From NCBI GenBank assembly GCA_041750285.1, contig JBGSZS010000004.1, positions 160,001 to 224,000 of the forward strand: a stretch of DNA of 64,000 nt, given 5' to 3'. The translations under genes were made by a program, and so were the position numbers. Position 1 is the first letter of the stretch. Each line of letters opens with the position of its first letter. The DNA is from Candidatus Fermentibacteraceae bacterium. GTDB lineage: Bacteria > Fermentibacterota > Fermentibacteria > Fermentibacterales > JCC-6. The notes below the pieces were generated by a model that saw nothing but the letters and a program-made list of their open reading frames with translations, did no database searches and was not told the origin of the DNA. Positions 1-9,771 of the stretch are shown one piece after another.

Positions 1-1252
1 CCGTTCCGGCGGCGGGTTCGTCGATGACGGCAAGAGTGGTCCCGTCGGCTTCCTCCAGCATGCCCTTCTGTTCGGCAAGCCTTGCGGAATAAGTGCTGAG
101 CTGCTCGGCGATCGACTGGTTGTCGCCCATGCTCACCATCACGCTTCTGAAGAATGGCATCGTCGAGCCCGGCTCGACGCATGCCCCCAGCCCCGAGCGG
201 GACATCACCGAAGCGAGGGCGGCGGCCTTCATCAGAACGCTCTTCCCTCCCGCGTTCGGCCCCGAGATCACAAGCACCCTCCATGAGTCGGGCAGAGTCA
301 GGTCGCTTCTGACAACCCTGTTCCGGGGAATGAGGGGATGTCTGAGCCCGAGAAGGTTCAAGGGGCCCGAACCGGGAAACACCGTGTTCTCCCTGGCCCG
401 ATAGACCGCCCTTGCGAAGATCGCGTCGATTTCCACCGAAGCCTCGAGGCCTTTTTCAAGGGCTTCCCTTTCCGCGCGGACCATGGCGGTGGCGTCGCGG
501 AGAATGCGCCTCTTCTCCCTTTGAAGCTCCACTTCGGCCTCCTGCATGGCGTTGCCCTGCTCGACCATCTCCGAGGGTTCGATGAACAGGGTTGAGCCGC
601 TTTCCGACCTGTCGTGGATGATCCCCGAAACCGAACCCCTCTTTCCAGAAGCGACCGGCAGGACGAACCTGCCGTTCCGCAGGGATGGCGGGGAATCACG
701 AAGCACACCCGAGGCGGAGTATCTGGAGGCCAGTTCAGCCACCCTGGCGGACATCTCCCTTCGCATGCGTTCGACCTGCGAGAAAAGCCTGGCGAACTTG
801 GGTGAAGCCCCGGGCGAAAGCTCCCCCTCGGGAGTGGTTATCCGCAGGAGATGAGAAAAGAGGCCTTCCAGAACGGGCAGCCCGGAAACTTGTGAGGCAA
901 GGGGAGTACGTGTTTCCCGCGGTCCGGCAGCAACGGCGGCGCTTCTGAAACGGGCGAAACCCGAAGCGGCAAGCCCCACCTCACGGAGCTGGACGGGCTC
1001 GAGGTAGATGGCCCCCCTTTCCAGCAGTGCAAGGCTCTCCCCGAGCAGGCGGGTGTTTTCGACCGGCGGCCTGAGCCCCATGGCGGAAAGCATCTCCGCT
1101 TCAGCAGTCTCGGTCTGGAGTTCCAGAGCCCTTTCGGGAACGGGTGTCGGCTGAAGGCCGAGAACCGCGATGGCTCCCTGTTCAGAAAGGCAGCCTGCGG
1201 CCACCTCCCGAAGTATTCGTGTGAACTCGAGCTGCTCGGGGATGCCGGACAT
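1..1252 (-). CDS. mutS2: MutS2 family endonuclease/ATPase, N-terminal part (runs off window start)
   Basis: Hand translation from ATG at 1252 gives MSGIPEQLEFTRILREVAAGCLSEQG..., P-loop GPNAGGKS, MGDNQSIAEQLSTYSA and Walker B VIDEPAAGT. Absent from ORF track because truncated. Confidence 0.9.
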   Translation of the reverse strand, partial: MSGIPEQLEFTRILREVAAGCLSEQGAIAVLGLQPTPVPERALELQTETAEAEMLSAMGLRPPVENTRLLGESLALLERGAIYLEPVQLREVGLAASGFARFRSAAVAAGPRETRTPLASQVSGLPVLEGLFSHLLRITTPEGELSPGASPKFARLFSQVERMRREMSARVAELASRYSASGVLRDSPPSLRNGRFVLPVASGKRGSVSGIIHDRSESGSTLFIEPSEMVEQGNAMQEAEVELQREKRRILRDATAMVRAEREALEKGLEASVEIDAIFARAVYRARENTVFPGSGPLNLLGLRHPLIPRNRVVRSDLTLPDSWRVLVISGPNAGGKSVLMKAAALASVMSRSGLGACVEPGSTMPFFRSVMVSMGDNQSIAEQLSTYSARLAEQKGMLEEADGTTLAVIDEPAAGT

Positions 1253-1254
1253 CG

Positions 1255-2334
1255 TCAGCGTTTCGACGGAGTGAAGGCTTCCATCGAAGCCATCTCCTCC
1301 AGAAGCTTTCGCTCACGCCGGCCGTGTTTTTTTGGAACATGGATCCCGACCTGAACAAGAAGGTCGCCGCGTCCGCGCCTGTCCAGCCTTCCCAACCCCC
1401 TGCCCTTGATGGTTATCCGGTCTCCCGACATGGCCCCCTCGGGAACCCTCACCTGCAGGGGATCATCATTGCAGGGGTCAGGAACGGAAAGGACGGCACC
1501 CATCACGGCCTCGGGGTAGGAAACCGGCAGGGCGAAGACGAGGTTGTCTCCCTCCCTCGTGAACCTGCCGTAGTCGACCGATCTTATCAGAACCCTCAGG
1601 TTGCCCGGCGAACCGCCCTCGCCGGGATGGTGGCCCTGCCCCCTCAGTGTAAGGCAGTGTCCTTCGGAAAGACCGGCGGGAAGCGTAACGGAAATGGATC
1701 TGGCCTTTCGGTAGACCCCCCTGCCACGGCACTTGCCGCACGGCTTGCGGGGGACCTTTCCCGAACCGCGACAGATCTGGCACTGTGATACCGACCTGAA
1801 TGTTCCGAGCAGTGTCCGGCGGTCGTTGACGATGCGTCCCGACCCCTGGCACTGAAGGCACGTCTGCATTCCCTCTTCGGGGTCGGCCCCGCTTCCGCCG
1901 CAGGTTTCGCAAGCCTCCATGCGTTCGGTCCGCAGAAGTCTCTCACCCCCCAGAACGGCCTCGGGAAGGGTCAGCTCGATGGTTACCGTAAGGTCGTCAC
2001 CACGTCCCGGCGAGTCCTGCTGAAAACCGCCGAACCCGAAATTCTTCATGAAGGACCTGAGTGCGTCCTCCATGTCGAACCCGGAGAAAGGGTTCCCCCC
2101 GTGGTTGCCCGGATGGTCGTCAACCGTGCCGTACCTGTCGAACCGTGAGCGCTTTTCGGGGTCTGCGAGGATGTCGTAGGCCCGGCCCACCTCCTTGAAC
2201 TTCTCCTCAGCGGCATGGTCGCCGGGGTTCCTGTCCGGGTGATACTTCATGGCCTGCTGCCTGTAAGCCCGCTTCACTTCGTCTTCGCCGGCATCACGGG
2301 ACAACTCCAGAATCTCGTAGGGATCAAAGCGCAT
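1255..2334 (-). CDS. dnaJ: Chaperone DnaJ
   Basis: J domain with HPD, G/F region, four CxxCxGxG repeats. Confidence 0.97.
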   Translation of the reverse strand: MRFDPYEILELSRDAGEDEVKRAYRQQAMKYHPDRNPGDHAAEEKFKEVGRAYDILADPEKRSRFDRYGTVDDHPGNHGGNPFSGFDMEDALRSFMKNFGFGGFQQDSPGRGDDLTVTIELTLPEAVLGGERLLRTERMEACETCGGSGADPEEGMQTCLQCQGSGRIVNDRRTLLGTFRSVSQCQICRGSGKVPRKPCGKCRGRGVYRKARSISVTLPAGLSEGHCLTLRGQGHHPGEGGSPGNLRVLIRSVDYGRFTREGDNLVFALPVSYPEAVMGAVLSVPDPCNDDPLQVRVPEGAMSGDRITIKGRGLGRLDRRGRGDLLVQVGIHVPKKHGRRERKLLEEMASMEAFTPSKR

Positions 2335-2351
2335 CAGCAGACCTCCGGTGA

Positions 2352-2376
2352 GGCTTTCCGCAAGTCACGGAAAGCC
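2352..2376. other. Intergenic hairpin between dnaK and dnaJ
   Basis: GGCTTTCCG-caagtca-CGGAAAGCC perfect 9-bp inverted repeat without a U-tract. Confidence 0.45.
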
Positions 2377-2421
2377 ATGGGCGGAATACCTGAACTGGAA
2401 ATGGGCACGGGAACCGGGGCA

Positions 2422-4299
2422 TCACATGCCCGTCATGCCCTCGATGGGTTCATCGGTGATCTCAATGTCGTCGATGAGACCTCCGGCCTCTCCTTCCAAA
2501 CGTGTCTCGAGAACCTCCACGAGCTTCGAGACGGCCTCCATCTGAACCCTGGTGCTGGCTATCTGACGGACTATGGCATCCGGGTTGCTGCTCTCGCGAA
2601 GCTCCTTGAGCTTGGCGATCTCCTCCTCGAGGCCCTGCCACGATTCGCGGTCGATCTGCTCCCGGGCGGCCTTCACGACCTTCACGGCTTCGTAGAGAAG
2701 CTCGTCGGCCTGATTCCTGTGGCCGGCCAGCACGATCCTGGCGCGGTCGGCCTCGGCGTTGGCCTCGGCTTCCTTCTTGAGCCTCTTGATCTCTTCGCTG
2801 GTCAGGCCACCGCTGGGATTGACCTTTATGCTGTGGGCATTTCCGGTGTTCATGTCCTTCGCGGAGACGTTCAGGATGCCGTTTGAGTCTATCTCGAAAA
2901 CCACCTCCACCCTCGGGTCTCCCCTCTTGGCGGGTGGAATGCCGCGGAGTTCGAACGTGCCCAGGCTCCGGTTGCCCTCGGCGAGGTCACGCTCTCCCTG
3001 CAGGACATGAACGCTGACCACGCTCTGGTTGTCGACCGCTGTGGTGAACACCCTTCCCCTTCTCATCGGGATGGGGCTGTTCCGCTTAATGATGGGCGCC
3101 ATCACGCCGCCGAGGGTTTCGACGCCCAGGGAGAGCGGCGTTACATCGATCAGCACAAGGTCCTTCTTCTGGCCGGAAAGCACCGCGCCCTCGAGAGCCG
3201 CACCCATCGCCACGACCTCGTCGGGGTTCACGCTCTGGGCGGGTTTGCGGCCGAAGGTTTCCTCCACCAGCTCCTTCACCATGGGGATCCGGGTAGAACC
3301 GCCCACGAGAACAACGTGGTCGAGTTCTTCCATCCTGAAGCCGGCATCTTCGACGGCCTTGAGGCAAAGGTCTTTCGTCTTTCCGACAAGGTCCGACACC
3401 AGGCTCTGGAAGAGCTTCCGGGAGATGCTGATCTCCATGTGGACCGGACCCGAGTCACCCGATGCGATGAAGGGCAGGTTTATGCTGGTCTCGAGAGTCA
3501 TGGAAAGCTCGCACTTGGCCCGTTCGGCGGCTTCCCGGACACGCTGCGGGGCGATCTGGTCGCGGTTGAGGTCGATGCCCGTCTCGGTGCGGAACTGGTC
3601 CATGATCCACTCGACAAGGCGGCTGTCGAGGTCGTCGCCTCCGAGATTGGTGTCACCGCACGTGGACTTCACCTCGAAGACGCCGTTCACGACCTGAAGG
3701 ACGCTTATGTCGAAGGTGCCGCCACCGAAGTCGTAGACCGCAATCTTCCTGCTCTCGCGCGGTTCCATGAAGGCAAGGGCCGCCGCGGTGGGCTCGTTCA
3801 GGACCCTTTTCACGTTGAGACCGGCAATGACCCCGGCCGCCTTGGTGGCCTCCCTCTGGACTTCGTTGAAATAGGCCGGAACCGTCACCACGGCATCGGT
3901 GATCTCCTCGCCGAGGAACTCCTCGGCGGTCTGCCTGAGGCGCTGAAGGATGATGGCGCTGATCTCGGGAGGGGTGTAGAGCCTGTCCATTATGCGGACG
4001 GCGGCGTCACCGTTCGAGTTCTCCTCGATGGCGTAGGAGGCCCGGCCGACCAGATCGGTGACTTCCGAGAACTTCCTTCCCATGAGCCTTTTTATGCTGC
4101 TTATGGTGTTTTTTGGATTGGTTATTGCCTGGCGCTTGGCTACCAGGCCCACAAGCCTTTCGCCCTTCGCCGTGAAGGCGACGACGGACGCCATGACCCT
4201 GGCTCCGGCCTTGGTCTGGATAACGGTGGGATTCCCGTTGTCCACAAAGGCGATGCAGGAGTTCGTGGTGCCCAGATCAATGCCGATGGTTTTCCCCAA
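2422..4299 (-). CDS. dnaK: Chaperone DnaK (Hsp70)
   Basis: GIDLGTTNS, VYDFGGGTFDIS, LVGGSTRIP, DVTPLSLG; TTG start after GGAGG. Confidence 0.97.
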   Translation of the reverse strand: MGKTIGIDLGTTNSCIAFVDNGNPTVIQTKAGARVMASVVAFTAKGERLVGLVAKRQAITNPKNTISSIKRLMGRKFSEVTDLVGRASYAIEENSNGDAAVRIMDRLYTPPEISAIILQRLRQTAEEFLGEEITDAVVTVPAYFNEVQREATKAAGVIAGLNVKRVLNEPTAAALAFMEPRESRKIAVYDFGGGTFDISVLQVVNGVFEVKSTCGDTNLGGDDLDSRLVEWIMDQFRTETGIDLNRDQIAPQRVREAAERAKCELSMTLETSINLPFIASGDSGPVHMEISISRKLFQSLVSDLVGKTKDLCLKAVEDAGFRMEELDHVVLVGGSTRIPMVKELVEETFGRKPAQSVNPDEVVAMGAALEGAVLSGQKKDLVLIDVTPLSLGVETLGGVMAPIIKRNSPIPMRRGRVFTTAVDNQSVVSVHVLQGERDLAEGNRSLGTFELRGIPPAKRGDPRVEVVFEIDSNGILNVSAKDMNTGNAHSIKVNPSGGLTSEEIKRLKKEAEANAEADRARIVLAGHRNQADELLYEAVKVVKAAREQIDRESWQGLEEEIAKLKELRESSNPDAIVRQIASTRVQMEAVSKLVEVLETRLEGEAGGLIDDIEITDEPIEGMTGM

Positions 4300-4331
4300 A
4301 GCTCATACCTCCTGAGTGGGAAAATTGTCTC

Positions 4332-5075
4332 CTATTCAGTGAACACAGACTTGACCATGGCCCAGGTGGCGGGAGCAAGGTGCTGGGTTCCGGGGTCGAG
4401 CTGGTAGACCTGCGCGCCGGTTTCCTCGTACTCGGTAAGCCACACGTACGTTCCGTCCCATGCCAGATCCTGCGGGGTCTCGCAGGGAAGCATGTAATAT
4501 GCCACGGGCTGCGGAACCATGGGGAGATGCACGTACATGAGCGGTGTGTTCTGCATGCTGACGTAGATGTTGAAGCCGTCGTAGGCCAGCCCCGTGCAGC
4601 CCGCCGGGCTGTAGGGCTGGAAGAAGTCGAGGATCGTGCCCGTGCCGGGGTCGAGCTTGTAGATGGCATTGTTGTTGGGGTTGGTGCTCCAGAGATTTGT
4701 GCCGTCCCAGCACAGGCCCTCGTTGTTGCTGCTGCTTGGCGCGGGGATGGAGTCGACCGCCAGCCCGGTGGACATGTCCATGAAATAGATCATCCAGGGT
4801 TGAACGGTCACCACCAGGTGGGTGCCGTCCCAGGTGAGACCGGTGAGGGCGCCGGTCCCGTCGCCGGGAGGGGTCATCTCGTCAACCACTGCTCCGCTTG
4901 CTGGGTCGATCTTGTAGTACATGTGGTCGGTGTCGCTGGTTATCCAGAGGTATCCGTCCACCCAGGTGAGACCGTCAGGGTTGCCGCCCGGAGCGGGGAT
5001 CTGGCTGATTATCTCTCCCGGGGAGGCAAGGACAAGGGCCGAAAGGCAGCAAAGAAGGAAAAGGCTTGTTCTCAC
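4332..5075 (-). CDS. Secreted beta-propeller protein (glutaminyl cyclase/YncE-like repeats) with C-terminal TWxxxK tail
   Basis: Signal peptide; five GL(T/A/C)WDG..LW-type repeats; ends LAPATWAMVKSVFTE. Confidence 0.7.
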   Translation of the reverse strand: MRTSLFLLCCLSALVLASPGEIISQIPAPGGNPDGLTWVDGYLWITSDTDHMYYKIDPASGAVVDEMTPPGDGTGALTGLTWDGTHLVVTVQPWMIYFMDMSTGLAVDSIPAPSSSNNEGLCWDGTNLWSTNPNNNAIYKLDPGTGTILDFFQPYSPAGCTGLAYDGFNIYVSMQNTPLMYVHLPMVPQPVAYYMLPCETPQDLAWDGTYVWLTEYEETGAQVYQLDPGTQHLAPATWAMVKSVFTE

Positions 5076-5153
5076 GGGTTCTCTCCTTGGTTCAAATTAA
5101 AGACTTCCATAAGTACATCACTCGAAAAATCGTCCGGACTGACAGTATGATGT

Positions 5154-6188
5154 TCATGGGCCGCTGTCAACCTGTGCACCCGGTATATCGGCCGGGGAAG
5201 ACACGACCCCGAGTTCACAGATGATTCCGGTGATCAGCCCGGCCGGGGTCACATCGAAGGCGGGGTTCCACACACGGGCGCCCGAAGCCAGCGTGACCGT
5301 ACCGCCCAGGCAGGCCAGCTCTTCGGATGACCTGTTCTCGATGACGATCCCCGATCCGTCGGGGGTGGCGAAATCGAATGTGGAGACGGGGGCGGCGACA
5401 TAGAAGGGAACACCCGCCTCCCTGGCCGCGAGGGCGACCGGGAACGTGCCTATCTTGTTGGCGGTGTCGCCGTTGAGGGCGATACGGTCGGCCCCCACGA
5501 TAACGGCGTTCACCCGCCCCGAGGCCAGGAGGGAGGCTGCAGCCGAATCGGGTATCACCGTGACGGGAATGCCGGCCCTCACCATCTCCCAGGCCGTCAG
5601 CCTGGCGCCCTGAAGCAGCGGTCTTGTCTCGTCCGCGAATACTTCGCGAAGGATCCCCCTGCCGTGGGCCTCGTAAATCACGGCGAGGGCGGTTCCCAGC
5701 CCGCCGGTCGCGAGCCCCCCGGCGTTGCAGTGCGTGAGCACCGCGCAGTCCCGCGGGAGAAGGCCGGCACCGTGCCGGCCGATCGCGACACTTGCCGCCA
5801 GGTCCTGCTCGTGCAGGCGCCGGGCGTTTTCAAGCAGGGCGCCGACAGCTTTCCTGCGGTTCTCGGCGGCGGACAGCACCCTCTCCTGCAGGGCCAGACA
5901 ATGAAAGAGGTTCACCGCCGTGGGGCGGGTGTCCTCCAGGGCCTTCATGAGCCTTCGGCACCCCTCCTTGAAGCCTGAGCCGGGGGGTGTCTCGATGGCG
6001 GCTATGACCGCCCCGTAGGCGGCCGCAAGGCCTATCGCCGGCGCCCCCCTGACGGCCAGGGTCCTGATCGCGCAGGCAAGGGTCTCGACGTCACGGCACT
6101 CGATGAAGGATTCGGTTCCCGGCAAAAGCCGCTGGTCGATGAGCCTCAGGCAGTCTCCGGTCCATTCGAGCGTGGGAACGGGGTTCAA
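5154..6188 (-). CDS. mtnA: S-methyl-5-thioribose-1-phosphate isomerase
   Basis: VRGAPAIG, RPTAVNL, THCNAG, ETRPLLQGARLT, NPAFDVTP. Confidence 0.96.
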   Translation of the reverse strand: MNPVPTLEWTGDCLRLIDQRLLPGTESFIECRDVETLACAIRTLAVRGAPAIGLAAAYGAVIAAIETPPGSGFKEGCRRLMKALEDTRPTAVNLFHCLALQERVLSAAENRRKAVGALLENARRLHEQDLAASVAIGRHGAGLLPRDCAVLTHCNAGGLATGGLGTALAVIYEAHGRGILREVFADETRPLLQGARLTAWEMVRAGIPVTVIPDSAAASLLASGRVNAVIVGADRIALNGDTANKIGTFPVALAAREAGVPFYVAAPVSTFDFATPDGSGIVIENRSSEELACLGGTVTLASGARVWNPAFDVTPAGLITGIICELGVVSSPADIPGAQVDSGP

Positions 6189-6194
6189 GCCGTC

Positions 6195-6734
6195 TCAGCC
6201 CCTTCCCAGAAGCCTGAAGCAGACCTCGAAAATGTCTTCGGGCTCCATCATCCTGCCCGCCCCCACGGTTCCGCAGGCGAGGTGGCCCTCGACCGGCCCG
6301 GCCATGACGACGCCCATGTCCTTCAGTATCGTCACGTTTTCGCGCACCGCGGGGTGGTTCCACATCCGCGAGTTCATGGCGGGACACATCACCACGGGGG
6401 CCTCGCATGCAAGGAATGCAGCCGTCAGGAGCTGGTCGGCGAAACCGTGGGCAGCCCTCGCCAGAAAGTGCGCAGTGGCCGGAGCCACCACCATCAGGTC
6501 GAGGTTATCGGTAAGGGTTATGTGCGGCACTGATTCGGCGGGCTGCTCTGGAAAGAGCGAGGTGTAGACCGGCTCGCCCGTAACGCAGGCTAACTGGGTG
6601 GGGGTTATGAACCTGGTGGCGCCGCGGGTCATCACGCAGTTCACCTTGTGCCCGGCCTTGCGGAAAAGGGAAGCCAGACTGCACGCCTTGAAAGTGGCGG
6701 CGCCTCCCGTGACTCCCAGAAGGATCTCAGCCAT
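6195..6734 (-). CDS. coaC: Phosphopantothenoylcysteine decarboxylase (stand-alone CoaC-type flavoprotein)
   Basis: Likely start MAEILLGVTGG at 6734; APATA, PAMNSRMW, LACGTVGAGRM; no CoaB domain; follows coaX. Confidence 0.85.
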   Translation of the reverse strand: MAEILLGVTGGAATFKACSLASLFRKAGHKVNCVMTRGATRFITPTQLACVTGEPVYTSLFPEQPAESVPHITLTDNLDLMVVAPATAHFLARAAHGFADQLLTAAFLACEAPVVMCPAMNSRMWNHPAVRENVTILKDMGVVMAGPVEGHLACGTVGAGRMMEPEDIFEVCFRLLGRG

Positions 6735-7494
6735 TATCCAACCTCCTCTTCCTTCCGATGGCGTCAATGCCCGAAAGTGTGAGCTCCGGGCAGACCCTGA
6801 AGGACGCCCTGCACCTCGGACAGATTGCTTCGGCCCAGCCGCCCGTGGCAAGCAGCGCGGGATCACCGCCCACGTTCCCGGACAGGAGTTCGGCCATCCT
6901 GTCCGCGCTTCCAACCGCTCCGAAAAGCACCCCCGACCTCACTGCTTCGACCGTGGAACGACCCAGGGGGCTTTCGGGGAACTCGAGGTCGACGGGGCTT
7001 ATCCGCTCGGCCTTCTTGAAGAGCTCCGATGCCGCGGTTCCCACACCGGGAAGGATCGCGCCGCCCACGTACATCCCCCTCGAGTCGATCACGTCGAAAG
7101 TGGTTGCAGTGCCGAAATCAGCCACTATGACCGGAGGCTTCACGAGCAGCAGGGCGCCCACGGCGTTTGCCAGCCTGTCGGGACCGAGTTCGGCGGGGTT
7201 GGGGTAGTCGAGCGGCACGTCGGCGGTCCCGGGGTTCACCTCGATGGGCTCGGTGTGTATCCAGCGTCTCGAAAAACCGACGAGGGCGTGCGTAACCTGG
7301 GGAACCACGCAAGCATAGGCCACCACGGAGGGCAATGGGGCGCCTGACGCGCCGAACAGGGAATGAACGAGGACCCAGAGTTCGTCGGGTGTCCAGTGGA
7401 CCGTCCGAACCCTCCACTGGAAAACCAGGCGCCCCTTCTCGAAAAGGCCAAGGGCGGTCTTGGTGTTTCCCACATCAACGGCCAGCTGGTACAC
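6727..7494 (-). CDS. coaX: Type III pantothenate kinase
   Basis: VDVGNT, LGPDR, DFGTATTFD, GGAILPG; GTG start after GGAGGGAGG. Confidence 0.95.
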   Translation of the reverse strand: MYQLAVDVGNTKTALGLFEKGRLVFQWRVRTVHWTPDELWVLVHSLFGASGAPLPSVVAYACVVPQVTHALVGFSRRWIHTEPIEVNPGTADVPLDYPNPAELGPDRLANAVGALLLVKPPVIVADFGTATTFDVIDSRGMYVGGAILPGVGTAASELFKKAERISPVDLEFPESPLGRSTVEAVRSGVLFGAVGSADRMAELLSGNVGGDPALLATGGWAEAICPRCRASFRVCPELTLSGIDAIGRKRRLDNG

Positions 7495-8341
7495 CGGGCC
7501 CCTCCCTCCAGTCAAGGCCTATGTCCGCCGCGGGCGCGGAGTGGGTCAGGGCGCCGACCGACACCCCGTCGACCCCTGAAGCCGCAATATCAGCGACGGT
7601 TTCGAGCGTGACCCCTCCCGATGCCTCGAGGTAGAAACGCCCCCCAGCCATCGCAACCGCCTCACGAAGCATCGCGACGGTCATGTTGTCGAGCAGTATC
7701 CGGTCTGGTCCCAGTGAAAAAACCGCGGGAAGCTGATCCAATGAATCAACTTCGATCTCTATCGGGACACCCCGTGAGCGCAGGGCGGCGACTGCCGCCG
7801 AAAGCCCCCCGATGCCTCCCAGGGCTGCTATGTGGTTGTCCTTGAACATGGCCATGTCGGAGAGGCTCATCCTGTGGTTGACCCCCCCGCCCGCTCGCAC
7901 GGCGTACTTCTCCAGGGCCCTGAGACCGGGCGTGGTCTTCCTGGTGTCGAGGATCTCAACGCCGGGAGCGGCATCGGCAAACCTTCTCGTGAGCGTTGCT
8001 ATCCCGCACATCCTGCAAAGGATGTTCAGGGCGCTTCTCTCTCCCCGAAGCACGGTGCCCGTCCCGCCCGCCACGACGCCGATGACACTCCCAGGCCCGG
8101 CCTTCTCGCCGTCCTCCATCACCCGCTCGATCTTCACGCGGTCATCGAGTGCCCGGTAAACCGCCTCTGCTGCGAACCATCCCGCAACCACAAGGGACTG
8201 CCTTGCCCGGAACTCGCACACCGCCGGAAGCGCGGCGGCCGGCCCGAGTGCATAGACCGCCGCGTCGAAACGGGCGGCGTCTTCGAGAAGGGACAGTTCG
8301 GCAACCCTGCGGGCTTCGGAGAGGATCAGGGCATCGGTCAT
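7475..8341 (-). CDS. nadC: Quinolinate phosphoribosyltransferase
   Basis: ERSALN, DTRKTTPGLR, NHRMSL, KDNH, LLDNM, EASGGV; start MTDALIL overlaps upstream stop (ATGA). Confidence 0.95.
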   Translation of the reverse strand: MTDALILSEARRVAELSLLEDAARFDAAVYALGPAAALPAVCEFRARQSLVVAGWFAAEAVYRALDDRVKIERVMEDGEKAGPGSVIGVVAGGTGTVLRGERSALNILCRMCGIATLTRRFADAAPGVEILDTRKTTPGLRALEKYAVRAGGGVNHRMSLSDMAMFKDNHIAALGGIGGLSAAVAALRSRGVPIEIEVDSLDQLPAVFSLGPDRILLDNMTVAMLREAVAMAGGRFYLEASGGVTLETVADIAASGVDGVSVGALTHSAPAADIGLDWREGPGVPAGR

Positions 8342-9771
8342 GCTTCCCCCAGAATTGCGGGGTCGCCGAAGACCGCTTCGCCGTCGAGTATCGTTGCCAC
8401 CACCGAAACCTCGTCCCATGGGACTCCCCGGAACGGGTCGGCGGACAGGACGCAAAGATGCGCTGGTCTGCCGGGCGCGACCACCCGTGCCAGATCGGAA
8501 AAGCCGCACACGTCTGCGGCTCCCAGTGTGTAGGCATGCAGGGCCTGTCCGACCGTGAGCCGCTGTTCGGGCAAAGGGTGTTCGGTGGCGCCTGAAATGC
8601 CGTTCAGTGGACCGAAGGGCATTCCGTCGCTTCCGAAACCCAGTCTGAAGCCGCGCGAGAGCACCGAACCGAAAGGGTTCAACCCGCGGGACCCGCCGGC
8701 ATACAACCTCTTCTCGTACATGCCGCCCGGCATCTGCCACCGGGAGACGAAATTGGGCTGCATGCAGAACGATACCCTTCCCGGAAAAGGATCCGGAAGG
8801 TCATCCAGAACGGGCAGAAGCTCTTCCGCATGCTCCACCCTGACCCCGGGACCAGTTTCGGAAACCGAAATACCCAGAACCTGCCTTATCGCCCTCGCGC
8901 CAATGGCGTGGGCGCAGATGCCCAGTCCGCAGCTGTCCGCGACGGCTGCCAGTTCCTCAACCTCTTCATCGTCCATTATGGGAAGGATCTGTGATCCATC
9001 GGGGTATGTTCCTTCCACCGCCGCGCTGCCCGCTCCGAAAGTGCCGTCGAGGAAAAGCTTTATCCACCTGGCGTACCTTGCAGGCTCGCGGTCGAGAAGG
9101 GTCATTGCGTCGTTGGAGAAGATTCCGACGGCCGTTCTGAGAAGCGGGTCCCATTCACCGATCAGGTCGGCTTCGCGAAGGTGCTCCATAGTGCCCATGC
9201 CGGTGACGCCGTTCGAGAACACGGTGTCCTGATACGTCTTCATACTGCCTGCGAGCACATCTACGGGAACCGGGAACATCCTGCTGAATCCCAGCGAAGC
9301 GCCCTCGGTCAGTCGCCCGTTTGCCCTGTCGACATCTGGGGTTCCGGGAGGAATGAGTCGAAGCAGGGCCGAGTTCACAAGGGAGAGATGCCCGCAGACG
9401 CGGGCGAGCACAACGGGGCGTTCACCCGAGACGGCATCGAGCGCGGCAAGCGAAGGCAGAGCCGGGTCGCTCCAGGAGGATTCGTCGAATCCGGTCCCGC
9501 GAAGGATCGGATCGGGGCTTGCGGGTGCGGCTTCCACAAGGGACAGCAGATGCCCGAAACACGAAACGCCGGACAGATCGATCGCGGAAACGGAGGAAGC
9601 CTTCCACGAAAAATGCATGTGCCCGTCGATGAATGAAGGCATCACGAAGCCTTCGATGCCGCCCGAACAGCTCCCGACCGAAACGACCCTTCCCTGGTCG
9701 AAAAGCAGCCTCACACCTGACAGGACGGGTCCCGCGCCGGGCCAGAAACTGCGGCACTCGAGCGCCTTCAT
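8338..9771 (-). CDS. YtcJ-like amidohydrolase (Amidohydro_3)
   Basis: FIDGHMH, KLFLDG, HAIGARA, RVEHAE, FGSDG. Confidence 0.88.
   Translation of the reverse strand: MKALECRSFWPGAGPVLSGVRLLFDQGRVVSVGSCSGGIEGFVMPSFIDGHMHFSWKASSVSAIDLSGVSCFGHLLSLVEAAPASPDPILRGTGFDESSWSDPALPSLAALDAVSGERPVVLARVCGHLSLVNSALLRLIPPGTPDVDRANGRLTEGASLGFSRMFPVPVDVLAGSMKTYQDTVFSNGVTGMGTMEHLREADLIGEWDPLLRTAVGIFSNDAMTLLDREPARYARWIKLFLDGTFGAGSAAVEGTYPDGSQILPIMDDEEVEELAAVADSCGLGICAHAIGARAIRQVLGISVSETGPGVRVEHAEELLPVLDDLPDPFPGRVSFCMQPNFVSRWQMPGGMYEKRLYAGGSRGLNPFGSVLSRGFRLGFGSDGMPFGPLNGISGATEHPLPEQRLTVGQALHAYTLGAADVCGFSDLARVVAPGRPAHLCVLSADPFRGVPWDEVSVVATILDGEAVFGDPAILGEA

Noticed and set aside
3007..4407. Long antisense ORF over dnaK, and similar ones over sprA, lpxC/lpxD, lysS and prfB
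   Set aside because: Shadow ORFs expected from high GC and codon bias opposite well-supported genes; no recognisable motifs.
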